From: a virus
DNA: 64,000 nucleotides
IMG/VR virus record: IMGVR_UViG_3300018080_000001
Location: 64,001 to 128,000 of that record
Reading direction: 5' to 3' (one strand)
Positions 31,197 through 41,556 of the stretch are shown in pieces (the first letter of the stretch is position 1; each line of letters starts with the position of its first letter). A program made the translations under genes and the position numbers. Below the pieces are notes generated by a model. That model searched no databases. It was not told the origin of the DNA and saw only the letters and a list, made by a program, of their open reading frames with translations.

Positions 31197-31649
31197 CTAT
31201 AATGAATCCCCCGCGCCTTCGGATAAAAAGAAAACCAACATGGTTATGTCTGCTGCCGGTGCAGCAATTTTATTCTCAATAAAAAGAGAAATAGGTGGTC
31301 CATAAAGCATAGGTGTATTTGGATTATTCAATTTCGTAGCAGGGTATAACTTAGCATCAGTATGAATATTATTACAAATTTCAACACCGGTAAGTGTCGT
31401 GGTAGCACCTTGTTGTATCCCATTAGACAAAGTAGAAGTAGCAACAAATGGATCACCCACCCATGTACCGCCATAATAAACTTTAAAATCTATATTACCT
31501 GCTGGAAATGCGGTACCTCTAGAAGTTACAAAAATATTTATATTCTTCAATGGTGTAAGACACGGTTGATCCCATACACGAGTACTCGGAGCAGCACCTC
31601 CAGCATTAGTCAATGTGACTTCATGCACAGTCATTCTATTTTGAGCCAT
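31197..31649 (-). CDS. Hypothetical virion protein
   Basis: Beta-rich, 150 aa, AAGGAG RBS. Confidence 0.5.
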   Translation of the reverse strand: MAQNRMTVHEVTLTNAGGAAPSTRVWDQPCLTPLKNINIFVTSRGTAFPAGNIDFKVYYGGTWVGDPFVATSTLSNGIQQGATTTLTGVEICNNIHTDAKLYPATKLNNPNTPMLYGPPISLFIENKIAAPAADITMLVFFLSEGAGDSL

Positions 31650-31735
31650 GGTAAAAACTCCTTATAAAAGAATTTGAACAAACAAATCCCTAAATAAATT
31701 ATATAGTACAAGATATAGGAAGATTAAAAATATAA

Positions 31736-32590
31736 CTAGACTTGAACATGAGCCAGTTGCTTTAGCACCCAGTCTTTTGCCTTTTGATAAATCAAATGGC
31801 TCTGTAAGTACTCGTAATCAACTCGCTTCAAATTATGGGCCATACCCTCTAGCTTACGAACAAACTCATCCTCCGGAAGCATATCCGATCCGGCATCCTC
31901 ACCCTGTCGCATACAAAGACCAGTAATGGGTGGATAAATCATTTCCTGGACTTCAACAACCTCTTTCTCCGCATCTTTATCAACGTCCTTAGATAGCTTA
32001 CGTCCGGAATCTACCTGCTTAGATCTACTCAAAAGTAACCGTTGCTCTTCGTACGCTTCCAATATTTCAACATCCACAGTAGTACCTTTATCCGAAGCTA
32101 ACTTCTCATAGAAATTATTATATTCATCTTCATTCAAAAGATCCATAATAGGTGGATGCCTGTTCAACATCTTTCGCAAATCCATACTCTTTTTCAATTC
32201 TTCAAAAGGAACGAACTGCGTTAGATTGTAAGGCTTCTGACTCTCAGGAATAATAATCGGATAAATATCCGGAGCCTTACCAAATTGAAGTGCAATTTGT
32301 GTATTAGACATATTCAGCACATACACATCTCGTTCTTCTTTAAAATAGTTGGTAAAATTCTTTACAGCTTGTAGCATATCCATTTTTCTCACCCGTTTCT
32401 CTCCCTTTAACCTTATGGTGAAGGGGTTAGTGTTGAAGACAAGAGCCTTACCCTGTTTAACCAAGATCCTTGCTTTGGCAGGATGTGTAAACGAGATGTG
32501 TCTGTTGTCCACATCCAGAACACTAATTTTTGACTGATCTTTGTTTGGCAATGCAAGGACTCTCGCCCAACTCTCCCATACATTTTGCAT
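31736..32590 (-). CDS. Post-capsid protein with N-terminal PLMP/RRXRR-like domain
   Basis: Residues 22-61, ISVLDVDNRHISFTHPAKARILVKQGKALVFNTNPFTIRL, match the IscB PLMP pattern. A possible internal start lies at 32383. Confidence 0.65.
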   Translation of the reverse strand: MQNVWESWARVLALPNKDQSKISVLDVDNRHISFTHPAKARILVKQGKALVFNTNPFTIRLKGEKRVRKMDMLQAVKNFTNYFKEERDVYVLNMSNTQIALQFGKAPDIYPIIIPESQKPYNLTQFVPFEELKKSMDLRKMLNRHPPIMDLLNEDEYNNFYEKLASDKGTTVDVEILEAYEEQRLLLSRSKQVDSGRKLSKDVDKDAEKEVVEVQEMIYPPITGLCMRQGEDAGSDMLPEDEFVRKLEGMAHNLKRVDYEYLQSHLIYQKAKDWVLKQLAHVQV

Positions 32591-32596
32591 GGGGTT

Positions 32597-32629
32597 AAAA
32601 AGAACGGGGAGTAATATTACTCCCCGTTC
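32597..32629 (-). terminator. Rho-independent terminator after the major capsid gene
   Basis: Perfect 28-bp palindrome GAACGGGGAGTAAT/ATTACTCCCCGTTC (32602-32629), followed by TTTTT on the minus strand. Confidence 0.85.
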
Positions 32630-32638
32630 AGCACCCTT

Positions 32639-33859
32639 TTACTTAACTCCCTTGGCCACAGCCTTACTATTGGCGCAACCGAAAGAAACCAATTCACAGA
32701 ATGACCAACCCTTAACAGTTTCCATATTGGCGTACTTATTAAAGGGTTCGCTAAACAGATCCATTCGAATACCCATCTCACCAAAATACTCAGAAGCCGT
32801 ACAGGCATAGAAAGTACCGGCCGGAATGACTTCCTCAACACCAATACCCGCAGCCGTAAGAATCTGAGCACTTAGGATATTCCCGATATGTCCAGCTAAA
32901 ATCAACTCACGCTCAGTTACAGGATCAACAGCCGTTGACATCGTAGTAATAATGTCAGAAAGCTCCGCACGATTAATGAAGAACTTCTCCACCATCAAAC
33001 GATGCCGCTCAACTTGAAAACGAACAGCCTCAAAAGCTGCAATACCCAACGTGGCATAAGTCGTCACGGTGTTAATCGCGGTTGAAGCGGCATCCGCCAG
33101 AGCAATACCGAGTTTATCCTCCTGAAGCTCAATCTCTTGACGGGCAGTATCCTGCGCACGATCAAGAACATCAAAGTTCAGATGATAGATATCTGCGATA
33201 TCCACGGTCGGAAAAGAGGTAATCTTGTCCTCTTTAGGGGTGATCCATTTGGACTTAATCCTTGATTCCGGAGTCTGCCCGTCCTGACCAACAACCCAAG
33301 CAACCGAACGAACATCTACAGGAATACGGAAAAGTTCACCTTGAGCAACATCTCGCACTCTATACCACTTACGAGCAAAACCTTCGTAATCAAGAATTTG
33401 CTTAATAGGATATGCAAGCTCTTGCCCAACAACATGCCAACCCGCGTCAGATGTTCGATCAGTCAAAGCAGCTGCAAGAATTTCTCGACGCTGCTCCGGA
33501 CTCATAGTCTGAGAGGGATCATCAGGATTGTATGGACGCAGGGAACTTGCTTCCTTAGACGTGGTATTAAGAAGCTGGCGAATCTGCACAAGTGCGTCTT
33601 TCGCGTCATCAGCGTTAATCTGTCCTTCTTTATTGAACATCTTATCGCCGACAGCTGCTTTCACATCACGCGGAGTATAGCTGTAACGCTGCGGATTATA
33701 CTGTCCGTTCTCATCATACAGCTGCTCATCCTTACGAGAAGTCAACCGTTGCTTAGGACGCATGTGTACACGTCGTTGTTTGCCCTTAGTAGCTCTCCTA
33801 GCCGACGTAGAAGGGGCAGGACGATTACTATTACTGATGCTCTTATAGGGATTACCCAT
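32639..33859 (-). CDS. Major capsid protein (HK97-fold) with basic N-terminal propeptide
   Basis: Motifs 'LAYPIKQILDYEGFARK', 'ITSFPTVDIADI....FDVLDRAQD.ARQEIELQED', 'KGWSFCELVSFGCANSKAV'. Follows the scaffold and decoration genes and precedes a terminator. Confidence 0.88.
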   Translation of the reverse strand: MGNPYKSISNSNRPAPSTSARRATKGKQRRVHMRPKQRLTSRKDEQLYDENGQYNPQRYSYTPRDVKAAVGDKMFNKEGQINADDAKDALVQIRQLLNTTSKEASSLRPYNPDDPSQTMSPEQRREILAAALTDRTSDAGWHVVGQELAYPIKQILDYEGFARKWYRVRDVAQGELFRIPVDVRSVAWVVGQDGQTPESRIKSKWITPKEDKITSFPTVDIADIYHLNFDVLDRAQDTARQEIELQEDKLGIALADAASTAINTVTTYATLGIAAFEAVRFQVERHRLMVEKFFINRAELSDIITTMSTAVDPVTERELILAGHIGNILSAQILTAAGIGVEEVIPAGTFYACTASEYFGEMGIRMDLFSEPFNKYANMETVKGWSFCELVSFGCANSKAVAKGVK

Positions 33860-33873
33860 CGTACTACTCCTTT

Positions 33874-34653
33874 CTAGGTCAAGCCACCACGGTAGCGAAT
33901 GCCCATGTACGGATCAGATGCCGTAGGAACTTGGAATACTGTTCCAATGTCCGGTCCTGCCCCCGTACCCGTCAATGTTACATACCCATCAAGACCCTGA
34001 GCCGTAGCCCCGGCCTCAACCACACTATTCACCGCGTAGATTTTACTCGGGTCATACGCAGTTGTGAAAATAGTAGACCAGTTATTAATAACTGTCATGC
34101 GGCTGTCATTGTACTCTGTATAATCGAGAGAATTAAAAAAATTCTTACCCTCAAACTGGAGTGTAGACAGTGGAACTTGATACATATACGTTACGTACAC
34201 ATACCCACCGGAAGGAATGGTAGAACCTGCTGTACGCACCACAGTACCATTAGTGTAATTGACGGTATAATCACTACCCGCACCTTCAGTGTACGTTGTA
34301 CCACCACCAACTACTGCGCTTGAAACTCGAACACCACCACCTGAACCAGTAGGATCAAGTAATATTGCGTTTGCAAGAGACGTAGCAACAACACCGGTTA
34401 ACTGAATATACTCGTCAACCACTGTTTCGTACAAAGCTGTCGTCTTGTCATACTTGGCAAAACCAAACGGAGCAGCACCAGTGCTGACAATGATCTCCTG
34501 ACTCGTATTAAGCTCGACCAACATACCGGCTCTAAACGTAGTAGTTGCATTAACCACATACGTACCGATATTTGATCCAATAACCGAGCGCTTCAGATCA
34601 ATACCTGCATTGATAATGCTAGTTTGGTACGCCTGCCATTGAGGTGTAGCCAT
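33874..34653 (-). CDS. Head decoration / capsid cement protein
   Basis: Motifs 'FRAGMLVEL', 'G..TV', 'IGTVFQVPTASDPYMGI'. Immediately upstream of the capsid gene. Confidence 0.7.
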   Translation of the reverse strand: MATPQWQAYQTSIINAGIDLKRSVIGSNIGTYVVNATTTFRAGMLVELNTSQEIIVSTGAAPFGFAKYDKTTALYETVVDEYIQLTGVVATSLANAILLDPTGSGGGVRVSSAVVGGGTTYTEGAGSDYTVNYTNGTVVRTAGSTIPSGGYVYVTYMYQVPLSTLQFEGKNFFNSLDYTEYNDSRMTVINNWSTIFTTAYDPSKIYAVNSVVEAGATAQGLDGYVTLTGTGAGPDIGTVFQVPTASDPYMGIRYRGGLT

Positions 34654-34680
34654 AATCTAGCTCCTTTTGAAATACAGCAG

Positions 34681-36783
34681 CTACTTACGCATATCTCCAA
34701 GTTGCCTGCCCAATTTAGTAGACGTAAGCGCGTTGCTAATTTCATCAAAATTTGTTTCATGAGGAATACTGACAGGTTCCTCTGTTTTCACATTAAAATT
34801 CCCAGAAGACAATTTTTCTCTCATACTTCTGGAATCTCTGCTCGCCACTACATTATCATTCGTTTCCACTGGAGTAGGAAACAGTCCTTCAATATCTTTC
34901 TGTACATCATTCAGATAAGAATCATCCTTTTCCAAAAGATCCGCTGCTTTGGATAAAAGATCTTCAACAAAGCTATCATGACCTTCTTGTGCAATAAGCT
35001 CAATCAATTCTACGGCTGTTCTCTGGTCCATTCCCGTATAGATTTCACCATCAGAAAATTCAACCGCACCTTCATTAGCCGCTAGAACATCAGCCATCGC
35101 AACTTTATAACTATTTGGATAATGATTTAACTTCATCCTAGCAGATGCAATCCGTACACATTTAGAAAACTTATGAGCAAACTTTTCAACTTGCTCTTGC
35201 ACTAATTTCTCAGCACGAGCTTGATATAGTTTCTTATAGTTATCTTCTAATTCAGCTGTTTTGAAATCCACTTCAGCTTCATCCAAAGAAGACTCCTCCG
35301 GCTTATCCGGCTCCTCTTTAGTATCAGTATCCGACTCATCCGTAACACTCATATCCCGAGCATCGCCAATACCTTCGGGCTTTTCCTCGGTAACAACTTC
35401 AATATCATCCTCGATACCGCCCAACTTCTTATAACGTGCTACCGTCTTCTCTTTGGATTTTCTCTCTTTAACTTTTTCTTTTAACGATACTTTAGTAACT
35501 GTTGGTTTCTCCTCAGTATCTGTATCCATTTCCTTCAACACATCAGATTCGCCCTTATCCAGCTCTTCTCTAGAATCCGTATCGCCGCCCCCAGTAACAG
35601 GCTCATCCACTGGAAGGACTTCACCACCTGTAGTCTCTATATCTTCATCCACTCCCGCTTTAAGCAAACGGGAACCGCATAACTCAGCGGCTTTACTCCA
35701 ACCATCACGTATAATAACGCTCTTAACCTTATTAGCTAATTTAGCCAAAGCCTTTTTATCCGCTTTAACTTTCTTATTAGTAAGACCGAAAAACATGGGG
35801 CCATGATCTTCATGGTGCGCAGCTATGTTCCCTTCTTTCGTAATCACAATTTTAGATTTCTTAGCCCGAATGAGTTGTTCTCTATCCAAACCCATCTCAT
35901 CCACCGTAGGCATTTTCTTATCTTCTTCTTTCAATTCCCTAAGCTTTTTCATTTTATCTTCTTTATCATCCTCGTCCTTATCCTTATCCAGCTTAGGTTT
36001 ATCTTTATCCTTTTTATCCCTATCCTTTTCGTCTTCTTCCTCTTCCGCCAGCATGGGTGGAGTACTAACAGGAGGTGGCGTTGACATATCCTGTACCGCT
36101 TGAGCAGACTTAATCCGGGCCAAAGCAATAATATATTTACGAGCCTTACCCATTAACTTCTTTACTTCATCCTCATCACGATCTTCAGATTTTTCATCAA
36201 TCTTCTTTAAATCTTTTACCTTCTTCTCTAGTCCTTCTTCCTCTTTCTTTTCCTTCTTCTCTTCCTTTATTTCTTCCTTCTCTTCTTTCTCTTCTTTCTT
36301 ATCTTCTTCACCCAAAATTAATTTAGCTGCACTCATTATTTTCTTAAGTTCTTCTTTATCGCCTTTTTCTAATTCTTCTTCCTTACCTTCCAACTCCTCA
36401 AGAATTCCTTCTAGTTCTCCTGCACCTTCTTCAATATCTTTTTTCTTATCAATTTCTTTTAACTCCTCTTTAGCTTCGCCCTTATCCTCTTTAGAAAGCA
36501 TTCCCTTTTCCTTCATAAACTCCACCATAAGATCAAATGCTTCTTCAGGATCTTCAACATTCCGCAACTTAGCCAAGCAACCTTCAAAGTCCTCTGGCAT
36601 TTTAACTGCACTACGCCGAAACATAGACTTCCGAATTAAATCTTGTGTCTGACTTTCAATAACACTTCGATCAGACGCGCTTAATTCGATATCTCCGCGA
36701 TTGAATATATCTGCTACAGTCCTAAATAGTTCGATTTTATGATCCATCTTCGGTGCTCCTATGTTACCGAGGTTGAAGTGCAT
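34681..36783 (-). CDS. Capsid scaffolding / prohead core protein
   Basis: Very K/E/D-rich, low-complexity 700-aa ORF between the protease and capsid genes. The true start may be the later ATG (MDHKIELF). Confidence 0.7.
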   Translation of the reverse strand: MHFNLGNIGAPKMDHKIELFRTVADIFNRGDIELSASDRSVIESQTQDLIRKSMFRRSAVKMPEDFEGCLAKLRNVEDPEEAFDLMVEFMKEKGMLSKEDKGEAKEELKEIDKKKDIEEGAGELEGILEELEGKEEELEKGDKEELKKIMSAAKLILGEEDKKEEKEEKEEIKEEKKEKKEEEGLEKKVKDLKKIDEKSEDRDEDEVKKLMGKARKYIIALARIKSAQAVQDMSTPPPVSTPPMLAEEEEDEKDRDKKDKDKPKLDKDKDEDDKEDKMKKLRELKEEDKKMPTVDEMGLDREQLIRAKKSKIVITKEGNIAAHHEDHGPMFFGLTNKKVKADKKALAKLANKVKSVIIRDGWSKAAELCGSRLLKAGVDEDIETTGGEVLPVDEPVTGGGDTDSREELDKGESDVLKEMDTDTEEKPTVTKVSLKEKVKERKSKEKTVARYKKLGGIEDDIEVVTEEKPEGIGDARDMSVTDESDTDTKEEPDKPEESSLDEAEVDFKTAELEDNYKKLYQARAEKLVQEQVEKFAHKFSKCVRIASARMKLNHYPNSYKVAMADVLAANEGAVEFSDGEIYTGMDQRTAVELIELIAQEGHDSFVEDLLSKAADLLEKDDSYLNDVQKDIEGLFPTPVETNDNVVASRDSRSMREKLSSGNFNVKTEEPVSIPHETNFDEISNALTSTKLGRQLGDMRK

Positions 36784-37672
36784 GATTCAGTATACTAGCC
36801 ACCGACCCGGGAATGGTTTCGGCATGCTTAACTACAAAATTTGCGATTTCTTGCAAATCGTTTTTATTAAAATTCTTATTACTGGCCGCTAAACTAAGAA
36901 TATCATCTTGAATTTCAGCCGTCTCATCAGCCGGGTCATCAACCGCAGAAATCTCTTGGAAAATAGTTCCCATACACTTTTCCCAAGCCAACCGCATTGA
37001 TCCATCTTTAGCCTTAAGCGGCATTCTGGCATGTTTTCCACGGACGCATTTACATAATTCAAAATCTGTAGTAGCTACGTTGCCGCATACTGCGCACTCC
37101 GTAGCAACAACATCACAACCCATAGAAAATTTTCTTACAGATCCACTCTTATACGCACTAGCAAGAGCTGGATCTTTTGTAGTATCTACGCCAATAAGCA
37201 ACTCTACAAAAACGTCCCGATCAACGTCTTTACCCAAAGCCTCTTTAACTGCTCTTTTAACAGTGTCATCAGCAGCATTCTGAGTATTGAGATGGCTATC
37301 TAATATAACACCACGACTTAATTTAAGATCGGAAGCATTATGGTTAACAAAATGAGGCTTTAAGTTATAAGTCTTATAAACTTGACTAGCAATTATATCA
37401 TCAAACCGCTCTAATTCAGCTTGTTCCCAACCATCCAAATTATTATTTGGACGGTCAGCACTATTTGCCCGAGCAGGAATAAAAATATAATCCCTTGGAT
37501 CTCTACTTATAACGTAAGCATCCGCAACAGAATCTAATGCAGCCTCAACATTCATATTCACTCCATCTTCCATATAAAAAGATGAAATTTTTGATGAAGC
37601 AGATTTAGATCTGGACCATGAACCATTATGTCGGAAACCTAATGGCTCCCACTGTGATATTTTTCTGAACAT
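36764..37672 (-). CDS. Prohead (capsid maturation) protease
   Basis: Motifs 'PNNNLDGW', 'KPHFVNH', 'GVILDS', 'FSMGC...CAVCGN', 'FQEISAVDDPADETA'. Confidence 0.8.
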   Translation of the reverse strand: MFRKISQWEPLGFRHNGSWSRSKSASSKISSFYMEDGVNMNVEAALDSVADAYVISRDPRDYIFIPARANSADRPNNNLDGWEQAELERFDDIIASQVYKTYNLKPHFVNHNASDLKLSRGVILDSHLNTQNAADDTVKRAVKEALGKDVDRDVFVELLIGVDTTKDPALASAYKSGSVRKFSMGCDVVATECAVCGNVATTDFELCKCVRGKHARMPLKAKDGSMRLAWEKCMGTIFQEISAVDDPADETAEIQDDILSLAASNKNFNKNDLQEIANFVVKHAETIPGSVASILNHALQPR

Positions 37673-37755
37673 ATACTACCTTATAAAAGTATAGTCCTCT
37701 ACTAAACAAATTGTAGTTTAATTATAATAGGAGATTTAAAACAACTGAGGATTAA

Positions 37756-38070
37756 TTAAGTTAAATACTTCAGTACTAAATCATCAAAAGTTTTTTTATC
37801 TAAATCAGTTTTTAACTCTTTATACTGCCAGATGCCAGTACACGCTTCCCCCAGAATACTATCGATCCAACCATAATCATTGCGATTATGGTTAACAATT
37901 TTTAATCGCCCACCCTTTTTTATGAATCTACCCAGCATACGACCACAAACCATATTAAAAGACTTCACAAAAGATTCTACTTTAGATCTACAATAATAAC
38001 TACCATCTACATAATTATGATAAACCAAAGAAACAGGTCTATCTTCGTCCGAAATTAAAAAAATACGCAT
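37756..38070 (-). CDS. Hypothetical protein
   Basis: ORF consistent with operon packing. Confidence 0.5.
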   Translation of the reverse strand: MRIFLISDEDRPVSLVYHNYVDGSYYCRSKVESFVKSFNMVCGRMLGRFIKKGGRLKIVNHNRNDYGWIDSILGEACTGIWQYKELKTDLDKKTFDDLVLKYLT

Positions 38071-38073
38071 AAT

Positions 38074-38190
38074 TTAATTTTTCTTTTCTTTTTTATCTTT
38101 CTTCTTAGAATCCTCTGCCTCTCCTTTCAAATCTTTATAGTCAATGACCTTACCAACTACCTTTGCATCACTTCTTTTTTTGAAACCCAT
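38074..38190 (-). CDS. Small basic protein (38 aa, not in the ORF track)
   Basis: MGFKKRSDAKVVGKVIDYKDLKGEAEDSKKKDKKEKKN*, with a GAGG RBS. Fills the gap. Confidence 0.45.
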   Translation of the reverse strand: MGFKKRSDAKVVGKVIDYKDLKGEAEDSKKKDKKEKKN

Positions 38191-38197
38191 TTTTGCC

Positions 38198-39184
38198 TCA
38201 CGTTATTAGTGCTCTTGTTTCAGCATCCCAATAATGATTATCGTATCTTATAACCTCTTTACCATCTAAATAATAAGTTTCTAAATCATTTTTATTTATA
38301 TCTGCGTCCAAAAACGAATCTAGCTCTTTTGCCTTACCAAACTCACGAACAAATACATCAGGTCCATATCCATACACATAGCCATTATGAACGTACAAAA
38401 CATCGTCTTCTTCATCATATACGACAACTTCATCAGCTTCAATACCGGTAATATCTCCATAAAAAATATTAGTAAATTTTATTTTATTATACGACAAATT
38501 TACGAGTAGATTTATAAAATTTTTGTTTTTAAATTCTAAAGGAAAATCTACTATAACTTTTCCCGAAATATTAATCTCTTTCACATCCAAATTCCCGAGC
38601 AAAGGTCCACTATATACCTCGCGAAAAATAACCGGAAAATAATCACAAGAACAATGTGCGTGTGATATTGTATCTCCATCTAAAAGAACATTTAATATAT
38701 AATTAGTATCAAAAATACAACCGTTATAAGCATTACAAACCGGACACAATCCAGAAGATTTAAACATAACTTGATGGATACCCATATCCAAAAAAGCTTT
38801 TGTCCTAGCTATAGAGCACAAAGCAAAATAATCATTCACGTTGGACATAGCAAATTCCAAAATATTTATATCGCTATCATCCATAATTAAGTCTTTAGCG
38901 CTTAAAGCAACCCCCTTCATAAGGGTGGACTTAATAGACAAAAAATCAAATATTTTAAAAGCTTTTTTCTTGCTATTTAAGAATATTTCATAATACTTAT
39001 CAGGCTTAATTATAATTTTATCCGAAATAAATTTATCAAGATCGTTTTCTAAAACAGGGCCATTAGCAAGTGATAGGATAGTTTTCTTATCAAACACATT
39101 TTTTTTAATTAACTTTTCACTAGACTTTTTTAGTAAAGCTGCGGAACCATCGCCAACAAAAAAAGAATCAAAATCCTCACTCAC
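38198..39184 (-). CDS. Head morphogenesis protein (SPP1 gp7 / Mu gpF-like)
   Basis: 'CPVCNAYNG...HAHCSC..P' motif, directly after the portal. Confidence 0.65.
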   Translation of the reverse strand: MSEDFDSFFVGDGSAALLKKSSEKLIKKNVFDKKTILSLANGPVLENDLDKFISDKIIIKPDKYYEIFLNSKKKAFKIFDFLSIKSTLMKGVALSAKDLIMDDSDINILEFAMSNVNDYFALCSIARTKAFLDMGIHQVMFKSSGLCPVCNAYNGCIFDTNYILNVLLDGDTISHAHCSCDYFPVIFREVYSGPLLGNLDVKEINISGKVIVDFPLEFKNKNFINLLVNLSYNKIKFTNIFYGDITGIEADEVVVYDEEDDVLYVHNGYVYGYGPDVFVREFGKAKELDSFLDADINKNDLETYYLDGKEVIRYDNHYWDAETRALIT

Positions 39185-40953
39185 TATTCTACTCCCATAG
39201 GCATTGCACCCTCAGAAGGTGCTTCAATACTTTCTTCAGGTGTCCCAGCTTCCCCGCTACCTGGTGCTCCTGGACCTGTAGGCTTAGCAGCATTCGGAGG
39301 TTTAGCTGCCCCTCCAGCTGGCTTAGGAGCCCCTCCCGGGGGAGCAGCTCCCGGCTTAGGCATCGTAGTTTCTTGCTTATACTGCTGTGCTAACTCTGTT
39401 CCCAACGTTTTGTCAATAATCTCTTTTTTCTCTTTCCATTCCACTGCTTTGTTCTTCGTTTCTGCCTTCCAATCAAGACCTAAAACAGAACCAACAGTAG
39501 ACTGGGAAACATCAAATCCCAATTTTTCCATTTGTAAAAGAGCTTGTAGCAAATCACTGTCAACAGAAGGATCTAACTTATTTTTCCATTGTAATTTCGG
39601 CATAATAAGCAAATTCTCATCCGATAGTTCCTGTGCAGTTCTCTTCTTTCTATATCCACCTGCTATTTCTTTTGGACTAGATTTATACCAACCGTTCACA
39701 ATAGCTATCGGCCTTATAAATTTTGGATAAATCCAAACACTCTCAAAATATTGCCTCAAGGACAGAAGACGACGAAGAAAAACTTGAAGACCGCCTTTCA
39801 CACTGCTAAATGAAACCTCTCCCGTCATAAAGCCTTTAGACAATCCAAGAGCTGTTAGCTTTACTTTTTCGATAACATCATGCTCACCACGAATTGAAAT
39901 AGCTCGATCAGTAGTCCCCCAAGCTTCAAAATTTATACCATAATCCCAACAAAGCCATGCATTCGGATCAACCTCACATCTACTCAGCATAGCTAATAAC
40001 TCCGTTTCCCTTTCAGGATCAGGAATCCACTGTGTAGCAGCATCACCAAGTTTAATAACTTTAATCGGACTCGCATGACGCCTATAAGTGGCAATAGTGC
40101 TGTTATATACAGCGTCCTCCACCATCCAAATACGCCATAATCTTGATGCCATAGAAGTACCACGACTATCATAGGGTGATAGTCTCCGAGCAATGAAAGA
40201 ACAATTACTAGACTCCAATTTAATTGGTTGTCTCGCTAAAACGCGGCTAACAAATTCAGATGGCAATGAAGTTCTTAATTTAATAGAGTCTGGAGATCTG
40301 TCGGACAAAAGCTTAATTAGCTCCTCATCGGGTTGCAAATATATAATAGGGTCCATATTTATAATGGGAGAATCTTTTACCTCTATATTATCCGGATTGT
40401 GTAAAGCTATATAATCCCAGATACCCAAATCTTCGTTGAAAAAACAATGAGGGAAAACTTCACCAAGTACTAAATACTCCCTCACCATTTGTTTCAGTCG
40501 ATCAAGAAAATCAACCTTCTCGCACATTAAATTAATAGTATTTTTTATATCCTCTTTATCCCCGTCTTCTACTTGAACTTCAAACGAGCTAACAAGCATC
40601 TCACTGTACATATCCATCGCCATGCCAAACATGGGATCTAATTTTTGGAATAATCTCCAATAAGAATTGGCCGTCCTACGATCAATCGGATACTGCATCC
40701 GATCAGGGCTTTCAATTTCTGGCAGGTACGGCCTTTGCATATGATTAAGTACTTGACCACCACCTCCACCACCATATGTAGTTTGCATAGTACCTGGATT
40801 AAAAGTTCCCATACGTGGAGGTAGAGGATTCAAAGTACCACCGATCTTAGCCACATCATCTCTAACAACTTCCCTCTGCATAGATCTTGGATTAGTAGAT
40901 ATAATGCGCGGTTTAAAAGAATTAGCCCTTTTTTTAAATTCATCTTTATCCAT
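39184..40953 (-). CDS. Portal protein
   Basis: Motifs 'REYLVLGEVF', 'LHNPDNIEV', 'PYDSRGTS', 'PIKVIKLG', 'ALGLSKGFMTGE.SFS'. Pro/Ala/Gly-rich C-tail. Confidence 0.88.
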   Translation of the reverse strand: MDKDEFKKRANSFKPRIISTNPRSMQREVVRDDVAKIGGTLNPLPPRMGTFNPGTMQTTYGGGGGGQVLNHMQRPYLPEIESPDRMQYPIDRRTANSYWRLFQKLDPMFGMAMDMYSEMLVSSFEVQVEDGDKEDIKNTINLMCEKVDFLDRLKQMVREYLVLGEVFPHCFFNEDLGIWDYIALHNPDNIEVKDSPIINMDPIIYLQPDEELIKLLSDRSPDSIKLRTSLPSEFVSRVLARQPIKLESSNCSFIARRLSPYDSRGTSMASRLWRIWMVEDAVYNSTIATYRRHASPIKVIKLGDAATQWIPDPERETELLAMLSRCEVDPNAWLCWDYGINFEAWGTTDRAISIRGEHDVIEKVKLTALGLSKGFMTGEVSFSSVKGGLQVFLRRLLSLRQYFESVWIYPKFIRPIAIVNGWYKSSPKEIAGGYRKKRTAQELSDENLLIMPKLQWKNKLDPSVDSDLLQALLQMEKLGFDVSQSTVGSVLGLDWKAETKNKAVEWKEKKEIIDKTLGTELAQQYKQETTMPKPGAAPPGGAPKPAGGAAKPPNAAKPTGPGAPGSGEAGTPEESIEAPSEGAMPMGVE

Positions 40954-40956
40954 CTA

Positions 40957-41490
40957 TTACTCTTCTACATCCTTCTTCTGCTTTTGTTCCTTCAACTTAG
41001 TATCCACAATAATACCAGCCTCCCTAAGAGTAAACATCTCCCGCGCTGATAACTCTTCCGGAAGATCTTTTCGCTCTATATTAGAAAAATTAATCTCTAC
41101 TTTTTTCTTTAATAAAGACGGTAATTGTTTTATACGGTCTTCCTCTTTTTTAATAGAATCCTTATAATTTTCTTTCAATTCGTTTAGCTTTTCTTTATAT
41201 AAAACTAAATTTTCTGCTTTTATAGCGTGAAGTCCTGTTCTCTCGTCTATGATACAATTACCATCTTCATCCCTACTACAGTAATCTTGAATTAATTCCA
41301 AACGTTTTCTATTATATGGCAAAAGTTCTTCCATTTCTTTTCCCGCTTCCTCAAGAAAAGAAATTTTATCCTTTATCGCAATCATATTTGTAGAAATATC
41401 CCAACGAAAATCCAAAGTTCCTAATTTTTCTTCAGAAATTTTACTAAGAACATTCCAAATATCAACTAGATCTTTGTTACTAAATTCCAT
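40957..41490 (-). CDS. Hypothetical helical protein (fibre-gene-associated type)
   Basis: 'KRLELIQDYC.RDEDG' pattern, typical of small genes that follow phage fibre genes. Confidence 0.5.
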   Translation of the reverse strand: MEFSNKDLVDIWNVLSKISEEKLGTLDFRWDISTNMIAIKDKISFLEEAGKEMEELLPYNRKRLELIQDYCSRDEDGNCIIDERTGLHAIKAENLVLYKEKLNELKENYKDSIKKEEDRIKQLPSLLKKKVEINFSNIERKDLPEELSAREMFTLREAGIIVDTKLKEQKQKKDVEE

Positions 41491-41556
41491 TTTTAATTAC
41501 CTCTTTAAAGTTTTTATTATAATATACTTTTTAAAAAACATAGACTTATTAGAACT

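Noticed and set aside
31736-32640. Intact IscB/IsrB OMEGA nuclease or IS200/IS605 element
   Set aside because: Only the PLMP-like segment is present. There are no RuvC or HNH motifs and no room for an omegaRNA. The upstream hairpin is explained as the capsid terminator.
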